Part shown: positions 1-12,544 of the stretch, one piece after another
How the letters are laid out: the number at the start of each line of letters is the position of its first letter
Numbering within the stretch: position 1 is the first letter of the stretch
Origin: Eutreptiella sp. 'Long Island Sound 2002'
Taxonomy: Eukaryota > Protista > Euglenida
Direction of reading: 5' to 3'
Length of the DNA: 64,000 nt
Assembly: GCA_964036045.1 (NCBI GenBank)
Contig: OZ038378.1
Span: 29,822,001 to 29,886,000, forward strand
The notes under the pieces: generated by a model
Told to the model about the DNA's origin: nothing
Database searches by the model: none
Seen by the model: the letters and a program-made list of their open reading frames with translations, nothing else
Position numbers and translations under genes: made by a program

Positions 1-599
1 AGCCAATTCTGGCGGTTCAGGAACTCCTGATTCCAGATTTCCTGGATGTGGTTTTCCCAGTAATCACCACTAATTCCAGTTTCAGACTGCTCTCCTTCGC
101 TGCTGCTGTCTTCAAGATCAGGCAAAGCGTGGGAGCTGGAACCAGATTCACTCGAGGAGGGAGATTCTCGACCGGGTTTAAGGTTGGGTGGGGCGTTCAC
201 ACAACAATCAGCGCAAGTATGAACTCCAGGCCAATGCCTATGGCCACAGTAAGGACACTCAGAAGGGTGATCTTCGGTTTGCTGGGGAGATGCCACGAAT
301 GTAACCTCAGGGGGAACACGCAGTGACCCAGAACGAGTAATAGCCCCGCTAAAGTCCGATGATCTAAGGGTGTCCGTGGAGATTCCAGAAGCAGAGTCAT
401 GATTTCCTCTGCTACCATGTAACCGCTGCATAGTGGCGGATCTTTCTTGTAACTGCGAAGCCTGTAGCCTTGATGCCCCAGGGGTCGTAACGCCCGACAC
501 TGCCCCTGATATCTCCGAACCCACATGACCCTCTTCAGACCCATATCCAGCCTCTGGGAGCGACATATGCGAAGCACTTGTAAGTCCAGTGAACTCCAT
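1..599 (-). CDS. Gag-like/retroelement ORF with Zn-finger motif, running off the window edge (partial)
   Basis: Manual translation from ATG at 599 is open for 199 codons to position 1 (MEFTGLTSASH...CPYCGHRHWPGVHTCADC...YWENHIQEIWNQEFLNRQNW). Ser/Gly-rich, with a CxxC-H-H-CxxC cluster. Not in the ORF track because it has no stop in the window. The gag label is inferred from context. Confidence 0.4.
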   Translation of the reverse strand, partial: MEFTGLTSASHMSLPEAGYGSEEGHVGSEISGAVSGVTTPGASRLQASQLQERSATMQRLHGSRGNHDSASGISTDTLRSSDFSGAITRSGSLRVPPEVTFVASPQQTEDHPSECPYCGHRHWPGVHTCADCCVNAPPNLKPGRESPSSSESGSSSHALPDLEDSSSEGEQSETGISGDYWENHIQEIWNQEFLNRQNW

Positions 600-894
600 G
601 GTGGAATATGAATAGTCAGAAAACCCGGTCTACAAAAATGGAGCAGACATAGAATCTCAATGCGCATTCATCGCACATAATGACACAACGTGAAATCATT
701 CGAAATAATTTAAATACATCCGATTGGGAAATCACGAAAGACAAATGCGACTCGACGCGCGCTCACAGGCGACATCTGGCGGCGAACAGAAAACATGAAA
801 ACAAGCGGAAAGATTACTGCACTAATGTACATCTGAGAATCATTGAAATTCTGATCACATTCATGTATAATCTGAGTGCTGTCACTGCTGCCGT

Positions 895-2721
895 TACAGT
901 GACCAGGAGCCTGTGAAGTCTTTTCAGAAGGGCCCACCACCAAAGAAAGCTAAGCTAAAGCGGTGGTGGACTTACCTGAGCCAGTTCAGGCTGACAGTGC
1001 ATCACATCCCCGGAATAAAGAATGAACTGTCTGACTATATATCGCGCAACAACTTCGATGCGCTTATAGGCGAGAGCTCTGAGGCGCTCACCAGAGAGTC
1101 TTTCCAGCGTATGGATGTCCAGCTTGACCTGTCCATGCGCACTGCTGGAATCCTGTAGGGTTGGAGTCTAACCGACTATCAGTCAGAGTACAAAGAAATT
1201 CTCCAAACCCTCAGCACTGGTCTCGAACCCCGTGTCATTGACGGGCACCAGTGGTATAAAAACAATCAGTACCTCTTCTACGAGGACCGAATTGTGGTGC
1301 CTGAGGCACGACTGGATGGGTGCCTACAGTGGTCCCATCTCAGTTCTGGTCACACTGGCGCTAATCGCTCAGTGAACTTCTTCCGTGAGTGTTTCTACTC
1401 TAGTCTAACCCTGACTGAACTGAGGTCGCGTATGCAGACCATTGTGGATGCTTGTGGCTGTCATGCCAGCAAGCAGAGCGACAGTAGGGATAGTGGCCTG
1501 ATCTCCAGCTTACCCATACCCTATTGTGCTAACTCTCTTCTCTACGTGGATTTCATCCACGGCATACCACGCTTCGGCGGCTATGATAGTTGCCTAGTGG
1601 TCACCTGTGGCCTATCTCGCTTCACCCATGTGTTCCCTTGCAATAAGAAAATCACAGGTGAGCAGACTGTGAAACTGTTGGTCGAACAATGGTTCGAACC
1701 CTATGGGGCACCTAAGCAGGTGCACTCTGATGAGGATGTACGCATCCGCAGTGACACTGGGTGGTACAAACGAGTGCTAAATGCCCTCAACGTGTAGGTA
1801 ACCACAGGTGTGCCCTATACCCACACGTCTAACCCTCTCTGTGAGAGACAGAACCGTGTGGTGGAGCAAAACTTAAGAATCCTGATGAAACAGGAGCGTA
1901 CCAAGGACTGGGTACGCCTAGTGCCCTGGGCAGTGCTGACCATGAAATCACAGCGGAGCTCTTCTACGGGTTTCACCCCCCACGAACTGTTCCATGGAGG
2001 ACGACCTGCTTGGTTCTTCAAAACCCCCTTTCCTGAGGACTTCAAGAGCCCTGTGGGAGAATAGCTCGAACACAAGCAGTCTCTGGCTGACCAGGCTGGG
2101 ACTAACCTGAGACACATTCGTGACCGTGAACTGAGCCGACGGAACCGCCTACGGCGACCTGCCAGCTTCAAGGTCCGTGACCTTGTTTTGGTTCACCATT
2201 CACGCCTACCCTCGTGGCCACGTAACTGCCTACAGGACCCTTTTTTTGGACCCTATCGTATCATCAGGATAGATGGATCCAGGATCCATGTCAAGTGCAG
2301 TCCACTTCTAGGTGGTGAACTGCTGTGTGCACCTAAGCAGTTGAGGCACTATCACTCCCCTGACGATTTGTCTTGGGATGAGTGGCGCCTCAGCGACAGT
2401 GAGGTCGAGCGTATAGACCTAGAGAATGCTGCCAGTCCAGAGGAGGCAGACGAACTCGAAGGGATGACTGCCGATCAGATGGCAGTCGATGGTTACTACG
2501 TGGTTGCAGGTATTGCTCGCCACGAGTCTAAACAGGGCTGGAAATTCCTAACCCTGTGGGATGGCTATGGGTTATCTGAGGCGACCTGGGAACCTATGTC
2601 AGCCTTCATACAACCAGATGGGAGTGTCCACCCCATCTTCCGCACCTACCTCGTCCAGAACAACGAGGGGCAGCTCCTAACCCGTGCTGAGACTATGTCC
2701 CAGCGTAAAAAGCGAAACTAA
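895..2721 (+). pseudogene. Ty3/gypsy (chromovirus-type) pol 3' half: RNase H end, integrase, chromodomain
   Basis: ORFs 913-1158, 1294-1797, 1810-2064 and 2188-2721 are all in one frame, with the first three ending in TAG stops. Motifs: RNase H end (KLKRWWTYLSQF...HIPGIKNELSDYISR), integrase HHCC (HLSSGH...CGCH), core YVDF/HSD/ERQNR, and chromodomain (YYVVAGIARH...FLTLWDGYGLSEATWEP). Confidence 0.9.
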
Positions 2722-3404
2722 TTTCCCTGTGTCAGTCTACTGACAGGTGCAATGAGCACTCTTCTGCAGACGTGCCTGTGCATGGGTGTAAGAGCAGTTG
2801 TCACAGTTGCTCCGCTTTGCATCGCAGGACAGGACCGTTAGCCCCCCGTGACAACCACTCCCTGGCCGAAGGCCGTTGGTTTTTCACAGACTACTGCTTG
2901 CTGAGCACTGCACTGACCCTGTCTGTGCCCTGCAGACCCATGCCTATGGTTTCCAGCGTGGGCCAGGTGGCCGCTTATCAGGATTGCAGCCACCCAGCGA
3001 GTGTATGCCTTGTTGACCATGTGTTGCATGGGGACTGCCCTGATGTAATGACCTTGGGGAGCCAACGAAGAACGGTGGCTTACTACACCAGGGGGGAATG
3101 ACAAGCAAGGTGTTATGAGGCAAGGTGTGTCTTCCCTCCTTGGGGACAAGCGAGCCCACAGTTAGGACCCCTGACTGGTCCAGACCCATGGGGTTCTACC
3201 CTTCCTTACAGGGTCTACCATACCCCTATGTGTGCTACGTATGTCTCTGTGTGTCTCACTTCTCTCCCCGGCGTGGCTCCCGGAGACCAGGCTTCGCTGA
3301 TGTCGGACCGAAGGTCCTAATGAGGTACTATTACCACTCCTATGGCGCCTAATTCTTGTGCTGACGCCTATCCTTGGGGGAAGACGGCAAAAGCCCTACC
3401 TAAT

Positions 3405-3416
3405 AGAGGGGAGGGG
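3405..3416 (+). promoter_or_regulatory. Polypurine tract of the gypsy element
   Basis: AGAGGGGAGGGG immediately followed by TG, ~700 bp downstream of the pol stop. Confidence 0.55.
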
Positions 3417-4382
3417 TGGCCCAGTGTGCTAAGGGCATACAAAACGCCCATTTTTGGTAAGGGCCAAAAGCTAACGCACTCCCCTGCCCACGAGGAATAG
3501 CACGCGGGACAGGAGACACCACTACACTACACTCACTAACGCCAGCACCGGGCTTCGAAGGCAGGGTGAGCACCCATCACTTGCACTCAACTCCTGCCAG
3601 GCCTGCTGACCCTAACCCCTACACACGCTACTCCGTGTTGCTGTCAATGAATTCTCGGGTCCTAATGACCCTCCCGTGAAGAAGACAAGAGAACACAGCG
3701 CTGCTAAGCAACTGTGGCCTAACAGGGACGTCACAACACGTTTCCCTGCTAGGGCTTTGAGGGAAGGGGTGCTCTTGTTGCGTGCACAGCGCGGATGTCG
3801 ACTGAGTCGAACTGCCCACGCCACTCCTGGCTGAGGCGCAGTCAATTGATTGTGTGATCAGCGCCCCTGTTTAGCTGGGGCAGAGAAATGGTATAGCCGC
3901 CGAAGGCAGCTGCTGCGTGCACCAATCACCCTGAACCTCTCCCACCTGTACAACAGAGGCCAATGGACTGGGTTCAAGACTGAGGAACCAAGACACACTC
4001 CACGTATTATACGCTTCTTAGTGTGCCCTATAATACACTGTTCCTGAACCCAGTTGCAAGCAAGCAAGCTTAAGGACTTCGCGCGTTCCCTTATGGAACG
4101 TAGGGCGAAGCCCTGGGTAACCTGGCAAGGGTTCATACCGCGTGCACAGCGCGTGACCTACTGTCAAATCCCTTTAATGCATCGTGTGCACGCATGCAGG
4201 GCAGGGAGGCGGAACCATGACCACACTGACTCAACCAGGAGGTGAGCTCCTCCTGGGCTTACCTACCTTACTCACCATGCTTCATGTGAATGCCGAAGTG
4301 AAGCGAACCCAAGACAACCCTATTGCGAGTTATAAACAAGCCTAAGCGTTTTAAGCAACCCTATCTTAACGCTACGGCTACA
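3417..4382 (+). mobile_element. Candidate 3' LTR of the gypsy element
   Basis: Starts with TG right after the PPT; candidate CA end at 4381-4382. No second LTR in the window to confirm the boundaries. Confidence 0.35.
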
Positions 4383-5112
4383 CACGAGCAAACACTTTCT
4401 TTTCTTACCTGTGAAGAGAGAACAAGGATGAATTGGGGTACAGGGAAAGCGCCACAGCGTGTGAATGCCTCAACTAGGCACATGCATCGCGAGCACAGCG
4501 CACATTCTGACCCTACGTGCGCGCTGCGCGCTCCATTCGCATCGCATACCTTTCATTCCTGTTTTGACCTGTGCAGAGCAAAGGAGATGAGCGCCCGAAC
4601 CCCCAACGAACACAGCGTTGACAACCCTCACGTTTTAACGAAGCAACCAACACGAACGCAATGCATGCGTCTGAGATGACACTGGCATACCTGAGAGGTG
4701 GGTTGTCCACCTGCTCTGTGGTGTGGGTTGAGTTTGAATACTTTCCCCTAAAGTTTGTAAAAATTTTGATGCAACTGTGCAAAAATTCCCTTTAGAACTT
4801 TAAAAACTGCAGCTCATACCTTCTTTTTCAAAAGCCGTTTACGCTTGCGCAACCTTGTTTTTGAAGTCCGCTTCCTTTGCGCTTGTCTGTGACTTTGGGT
4901 TTGGTGTAAAAATGACGATTTCTCGCGTGATTTCGTCAATTTTTAGCGATTTGACTTGTTAAATCGCTACCACTTTCGCTAAACCGCAAGAATCACTCCC
5001 TGTTGGTTCCATTTTCTATTTTTTTCAGCTCCTGGAGATTTCTGTCCTCCATTGGGAGTATTGCTCCGCCCTGGCCCTTGGTCAGGACGTTTACTAAAAC
5101 GCTGTTTATACA

Positions 5113-5205
5113 GCGATCGCCGTCCGCAGTAGAGCGTTCGACTGTACCCTGGTGGGCAAGCATATGTGCTCCAGGGAGGGAGTCCTGGGTTTGAACCCCA
5201 ATACC
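5113..5205 (+). other. tRNA-derived (tRNA-Tyr-like) sequence, probably a SINE head or tRNA pseudogene
   Basis: A-box-like GCAGTAGAGCG, then GACTGTA (CU-GUA loop), a 30-nt hairpin insert (CCCTGG...CCAGGG) at the intron position, and B-box-like GGGTTTGAACCC. The acceptor stem is not convincing. Confidence 0.4.
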
Positions 5206-6239
5206 CCCAAATTTTTACCAAAAGTTTTCGTCGCACGCCGGCGACTTTTGAGGAATGCCCCATCGAAGGGACATCATTCACGGTACATTACACTGTTTTT
5301 TGAGGTTACCTACAGTGTGATAGGCTTCTATAGACTGATGAGGATGTTTTTGGTAACTTTCATGCATTTTCTGAGGTAATTTTGGGAATATTTGAGCCTT
5401 TTTCCTTGGTCCTACTAGCTTAGCTAACTAGTAATCCAGGGGGGAGTAAGAAAAAGTCACTGTCATGTCTTTCTTGGAGCGCTGGATCCAGGCCAAGCCC
5501 CCCTTAAAACCCTTTTGTTGATGCTAAGACTAACTTAAGTATTTTTATCCCTCTTTTGAAGCCTAAAGTACACTTTCTCAAGGTAACTAGGGTTGTAACC
5601 CTAGCTGCCCGATGCAGTTCACCCCTACCACTCAACTGAGCGGAGGTACCTTCCTTCATGGAGGATATACCGAAATAAAATAGGCATTTCATGCTTTAGG
5701 CCTTGGAGGTTAAGCCTAGTGGTCTCCCACCCCAAGACCCCTATACTCAATTGTTTCTACCACTTATTGTGGTTCTACTTTTTAACTGTTTCTGAATTCA
5801 GTTGCTTGGCCAAGTCATTTTCTGTGTTGGCCTGACATCTGTGCCCCACATTCCTAACCAGCACCATTTCACCCAAAAGAGTGCACATGAAGTGCGTGAT
5901 GCTATCTTGGAGGCTAGAGTCAGTCCAGTTTTCATATAAAATCTTTTGTATTATCCATTTGTGATTGAATCTTTGTGTTTATACCTGCTTTGTCTATCTG
6001 CAGCCCTTCTGTGTTACACTGGATTTCAAAACTATTCATTGATTCGATCCACATCCTGTTCTTGCTCTACTTGCTGCTTTGGTTTGGGTTTTCAACTTCA
6101 AAACGTGCAGGATTTCATCAAAATATCTAGGGCACTAATCAAGGACATCTTTCTAGCGGGAGTAATACCCCTTGTGGTGAGAGATACTCCACACGGCTGG
6201 GCAGCCCCAAGAGCTGCCGCCCAAAGGAGGAGGCATGTG

Positions 6240-9200
6240 GCCCTACCCATGGACACATGTGGGGACACCCTCCAGCCTGGGACACATGGACCGGGTGGCC
6301 GCGACAATGCCTTCCCAAGCACATGCGGGAGCGGCTCAAGAGGCACCTGACATAGGGCAGTGGGAGGGACAGAACGTCCCCTTGGTAAGACCTTCTTCCT
6401 GCTTTGTCAAAGCCGGCATCCCGAGCTCCCGAAGATACCTACCTACCTACCTGTACGCCTACGATTTGCAGCACACTGCTCAGTCCCAAAACTAATTTCC
6501 TCCAGGAAGCACTTGTTGATTCATGCTATGCACTCAACCTCCTAATCCATGGCTTCGGTCCATGGAATCCCTGCCCCGCGTCTGCATTATCACCTGGAGC
6601 TAACATATATGTTGATTTCCAAGTGTTGGGCCCATGCTTGGGCACGGTTTCAGAAATTCTGGGTAAAAAAGCGAAGGTCGACTTCCCAGGCTATTCAGCA
6701 GAAATTGCAGACAAACACAATTTCTCCTTCTCCTATCCCCACAGCAATCCAAAACCAATTTCTCAATTCTCCCCCACGGAACTCTCCCCTACTCCCAGCG
6801 CAAACCAGTCCCTCTCTACTTCAGCACCCGCACCACCATTCTACACAGCAATTTCAGAGATGTCCAGCCTGGGTGCCAAAGTTCACTTGCCTACAACACA
6901 TCATGTCCTTCAACCATCAGATCTCCTAAGCTGGAACTGCACAGGGGCGCTGGAATTGTTACAGGACCCCCTCAGCTCATACGCACTCGTGCAGCATGCA
7001 TACCTCACCTACACCAAACAATGAGGCGAGGTGCCCTTGTATCAGGTGACTACAATGCCACCACAAGTGCTTCGGATGCATCTACCTTGACCGGTAACAT
7101 CTAGCCTTGGCTAGTTGGTGTTGAAAAAACGAGTAAAATGACCAATCTGGTGCGTATTTTCCACCCCGACCCTCCCTACACTAGATGCCGCCGCTACCGA
7201 GGCACACAATCCCACATAGACAGGATATATGCCTCTAAGACCTTCCTGTCGTTGTTCACACCCTCTTCGGCAAAGGTGTGTGATTTTTCAGGCGTACCTG
7301 GAGCTCAGGACCAGGATCTGGTGGTAGTCACACTGCACGATTGGGGTAAAATAGAAGTGCCACCACCCCGGTGTGGAATGTGGAATCGACGTGATCTGAA
7401 GAGATACAGGCAATTGATGGATGAGGCTACTCCATCGATGCCCAGCGCGCATACCTACAGCGATGTTGAACCTTGTTGTACGACCTTAAAGGAAAAGAAG
7501 CTCGACTCAATAAATAAAGTGAATGCAGAGAAAGGAGAGCCTCCCCGCAAAACGCATGACCCCCATGAGGAATGGACGGAGCTAATAAGGACTTTATCTA
7601 GGCAATGCCGCCACAGATCAAAAACGTTTTACAAGAGGGTTGAAAGTTCCCTTTTATCGCCTGCCACCCAGTCCACATTACCCGTGCCGGGACGAGGCAT
7701 CCGACGCATACTTGAACGCAACAACCCATGGAGCCAAGATGCGCTGAATGCGGTACCACGTAGAGATAGGCTCGAGCCACCCAACCCGCCAACAGATGAG
7801 GAGCTAAGGACGTTTGCTAGAGCGACCCGTCGGAAGTCTCCTGGACCTGATGGGATACCCCCATACTTGTTGGCGGAGCTCCCTGATACCACCTTCCGGA
7901 AAATTGGTGACATGATCCGCATCTGCTATGCCCAGGGAGATATGCCCACCACCTTCATGCATTCCCAAACGGTCTGCCTGTACAAAGGCAAAGGTCAATG
8001 GCAGGACCCAGACCGGTGGAGGCCAATAGCAATGTCCAATAGCACATATCGTCTGATCATGCGTTGGGTGCATGCAAAAATATACCCCATGTTAGTGACA
8101 TGGCTCCACCCACACCAATATGGTGGACGGCGCGGTGTATCCCCTGCCCATGCAACACTGAGCTTAATGGACATGATTGATGCTACATGTGATGTGGAAT
8201 GCTTGCTCAGCTTTGACTTGTATCATGCGTTTGACTCACCTCCAAAATTACTGATCATCCAAACCTTAGATAAGTTGGGGATCCCCCTGCCACTACTACA
8301 AATTATTCAATCAGTATTGCAGAAGGGGACCACCACCCTGCGGGGGACGGAAGAAACAGGAATCCACACGACGCATGGTATTCGACAGGGCTGCCCCGTG
8401 TCTTGCTTGCTCTTTGTTGTAGTGTTCAACATCGCCTTCTGTCATCTGGACCTTGCTCACTTGAGTTTTGTAGCCTTTGTAGACGACATCACAGTGGTCG
8501 TGCCAAGAGGACAAATGCAAAAAACAGTGGAAACTGTCCAGAGTGCGGTGGAGAAAATTGGGTGCCAGTTGAATGTCACAAAATCAGAATGTTTGCCGGT
8601 CCACGAATGTTGTTCTCCCCCGAGCCTACCAACGTACCACCACCGAGAACCTGCCCTGAGTATTCAAAAGCGAGGCCCCAGTGGTTGCTATGAAATAAAC
8701 ACTTGCCAGTAGACACCACCATGGGCGAAGATATCCACGTCAATATTCAAACAGGTGGACCACCAAATGCATCTTGGGCATCCCATCACCAGGGGACTGA
8801 AACAGGCCACTGCATATGACGTCCTCTTATCTGAAGTCAAAGAGCAACTCGGTGAGCTTAACGCCCACCCTATACACACATTGGACCGCGTGGCTATCCT
8901 CTCTACCATGGTGATCCCACGTTCGTTGTACCGAGCGGAATGCCTGCCCTTGACAATCGAACAATTGCAACGCCTCAATGCCTTGATGAAATCCTTTGTG
9001 CTTGCTGTGAAGGGCCTGCCCCCACACGTCGTTGATAAAACAATTTACAGTCATCGAAAGATAGGTCTAGGGGTTCCATACCTCCCCGTTGTACAACCTA
9101 CCCGTGCACTTGACGTTATCCATAAACATCCATACATGACAAGTCTCAGGGTTGGCGCATCCCTCCCATTAGCGCCCAGAATGGTCGGCCAAACCGCAGT

Positions 9201-9470
9201 GGCACACCTCAAACCTGAATGTGCACCACCTCAGAGGCCACTGGATGTTTACTTTCCGGCAAAACGCCTCCTTCCCCAAAGTCGAGGCCCTAAGCACGTC
9301 CTTGGTCTGGAGGTATATGAAATCAATAACACCAAGTCCTCCCCCCCTGAAGGAAAGGTATATATTGATGGCAGCAAGATAGGGCAGCCCACAAGCGCAC
9401 GAGCCTCGGCTGTGACGCCCAATGGCACCGTGTATGTGTGCCGTGCACCTGGAATCCCATGTTTCTTTTA
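6240..9470 (+). mobile_element. Decayed non-LTR retrotransposon (APE endonuclease remnant, RT, start of RNase H), 3'-truncated
   Basis: EN remnants SWN, GDYN (7045-7060) and SHIDRIY. RT ORF 7138-8712 has KSPGPDG, WRPIAMSN, FDLYHAFDS, GIRQGCPVS, FVDD and LNVTKSE. Same-frame continuation 8755-9471 ends in RNase H-like YIDGSK. The break at 8710-8712 is TAG. Confidence 0.88.
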
Positions 9471-10332
9471 GCCACCCCCCCCCCGCAAACGGTGCTAAAA
9501 ATGGGTTTTTTTCACCTCGTGAGCCCGGCAGGGCACTTCGGGTACCCCCCCCCCATTTTGGGGGTGCTGAGTTCAATTATCAGCCTATTTCTCATCAACT
9601 AAGCGCTGGGACATCCCAAAATGCGTTTTTCAGGGTCCACACCGACAGAATTTCTGTTACCCCCCCCCCCCCCCCCAAACGGTGCCGACAATGGGTTTTT
9701 TCATCTCGTGAGCCCGGCAGGGCGCTTCAGGTACCCACCCCCCCTAATTTGAGGGTGCTGAATTCAATTGTCAGCCTACTTCTCATCAACCAAGCGCTGA
9801 GACATCCCAAAATGCGTTTTTCTAGGTCCGAAACCGACAGAATTTCCGTTCAGCCACCCCCCCCCCCCCCCCAAACGGTGCTGAAAGTGGGTTTTTTTTC
9901 ACCTCGTGAGCCCGGCAGGGCACTTCAGGTACCCGCCCCCCCCCCCCTATTTTGGGGGTGCTGAGTTCAATTATCAGCCTATTTCTCATCAACCAAGCGC
10001 TGGGACATCCCAAAATACGTTTTTCAGGGTCCAGACCGACAGAATTTCCGTTCATCCAACCCTCCCCCCCCAAACGGTGCCGAAACTGGGTTTTTTCATC
10101 TCGTGAGCCCCGCAGGGCACTTCAAGTACCCACCCCCCCCTAATTTGAGGGTGCTAAATTCAATTATCAGCCTATTTCTCATCAACCAAGCGCTGGGACA
10201 TCCCAAAATGCGTTTTTCAGGGTCCAAACCGACAGAATTTTCGTTTATCCAACCCTCCCCCCCCCAAACGGTGCCGAAAATGGGTTTTTCACCTCGTGAG
10301 CCCCGCAAGGCAACTCAGGTACCCACCCCCCG
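9470..10332 (+). repeat. Tandem array, ~195-bp unit, ~4.4 copies
   Basis: Anchor AAACGGTGC recurs at ~9487, 9677, 9873, 10072 and 10266. Units share CTCGTGAGCCC(G)GCAGGG, TTCAATTATCAGCCTATTTCTCATCAAC and poly-C tracts. Confidence 0.92.
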
Positions 10333-12544
10333 GCCTACCTTTGCGACTACCGACCCCTATCACATCAGGGCTGGTTACAGACCCCCCCCAGGCCTGAAAC
10401 CATGCACGTACATCCCATCCCCCCCCCTTTCTTTGTTCTTGTCCTCTCCGTGCCGTCCAAGAGTACATGGGCTAGCGAGCGGATTGGGCCAGATACCGTC
10501 CCGCCACGGTAGGCTACGAGGCCTTGTGGACGGTAGATGGTATCTCCGGCCACACTGATCCTTGCACGTCACCCTGAGGCTAAGCATGGCAGACACGGTC
10601 CCACCTAGGAGGGCTCATGGCCCTAAGGATGGCAGACCGCGTCCGTGTCGCGCCTCACGGCTAGCCGTGTATTCTTGGACTCCAAAACTAATCATCCTTA
10701 CCCATAGGGACAGGTTGGCTCATTGCTTCTGCACCCAAGGGTACCTGTATGATAATCAGTCCTGCAACTGGTAATTAGTTTGATGAAGTGAGGGGCTAGG
10801 TGGGTAAAGCTCCAAGTGGTGAACGGGAACCGTCGGCGTGCATGACCTCCTATGTACATAGAGCGGCTGTCCTTCGATGAACTTCGGCTCGTCACGAACG
10901 CTATGCCCGTGATCAGGCCGCTCACTTTGTTGAATTTGCTGTGTTTCAAAAAAAAAAAAACCACCATATAGCATGCAATGATCTTCCAACGCTCTTGAAC
11001 CAGATTGCACAACATATCAGATTGCATACACGATGCACCTTTGATGCAAAACATGTGCCATCAACGGCACCATTCCATAGCGTAATCGCAGAGGCAACCA
11101 ACATTGCATGCAAATGGAAACCCCGTTGTAGCACTCCCAGAGCACCCTGCATGCTTTGTCTTGTCACTCCAAAATTTGGCACAACATATTGTTACCTTTC
11201 TCGCAAAAGCTCCCAACAATGGTGATTGGTTCTTGGTCACTGAATATTGACATCAAAAAAAAATAATCTTTGTGTCTTCTAGTTGGTATTTTGGTATTTA
11301 AAGGTTTGCTATCCACCAACCAAAATTGGTGATGTGCATGTAAATCTTTTTGGCAATCTGTGTTCATTTGGCTCGTCAAATTATACTTTTTGGGTGTACA
11401 AACTGTTGGGGAGGAGTGTCATGAAGAGAACCCCGATTGAGCACAAAAAGACAAAAATAAAACCAAAAAACAACAAAACAAAACTGGGAAAGGCTGGTGC
11501 GATGGGTTCATGCTGCTGCACATTCTTGATTTTGTTCAATTCTTGTGTTTTGCAATAATTTTTTGTAACAAACTTGTTGGCACAGCCCCCCTGAACAAAA
11601 TTTGAGGTTATCTTGTTTGTGTCAGGGTAAAATCTTTTTTTTTTGGAATGCTGCTTGGGGGGGCAGGGGTACAGAACTAGGACAACTAAAACTGCACTAA
11701 GACACCCATATTGGGCATCAGGTGCCTCCCCTAAGGATTGAAGCGCCATGCTAGGGTCCAAACCAGGTGGGTGGGTGCTACATAGCTAACCTGGCCCCCC
11801 ACCCCCCACCCCCGTGTGAATATTAATGAGTGTCAATTTCAAGTTTTGCCATTTTTTCAGTGAACAGCTTATCGGACAAAATGGTCTTGGTCGGGGAGTT
11901 TGGCGGGATGGTAAGTAAGTGCGACAGAAACCACAACTGGTATTTGCAATTTGGCCAGTGGACGTCCACTTACCCCCCATAGATGTCCACCAACAAGGAA
12001 GAATATGAAAGCGCACACAAACAATATTGTTCAAAAAATGTGCATCCACCTCCTTGCAAATCTTGCATTTGGCTCTTCTTTGCCAAGTGGTCATAACCAA
12101 TGGCTAGATGCAATGGTTTACAGTGGGCAACACCGACGACACATCAAACAATGCTTCTCTACTGTTAAGCAAGAAGCACGGAAGACGTCAGACTTTGAGT
12201 CACCAAACAAAGCACGGCAAGGAAAACAGCAACACCAAATGCAAGACTCCCAGATAGGTCAAAGATTCGCACAATGTGCATGATGGGATCCCTCCTGTCT
12301 CACTTCAGCACCAGCAACGCCTTCACTCGTCATTCTAATCAGAAATGCTCAGCACGTGGCTGTCAGCACGTGGTCTCATAATATGGAGAACTAGGCACCA
12401 CCAACTGCCCCCTCCCCCTACTCAAAAAATTGTAAAAACGCCACGTTGCACAGCCCAAACAGAATCAGAACCTTGTGCGATTTCGAATGTGCAACATCAA
12501 CGAGTTTCCCAACCATTTGCAACCGGCTCAAAAAACGTCCACGT

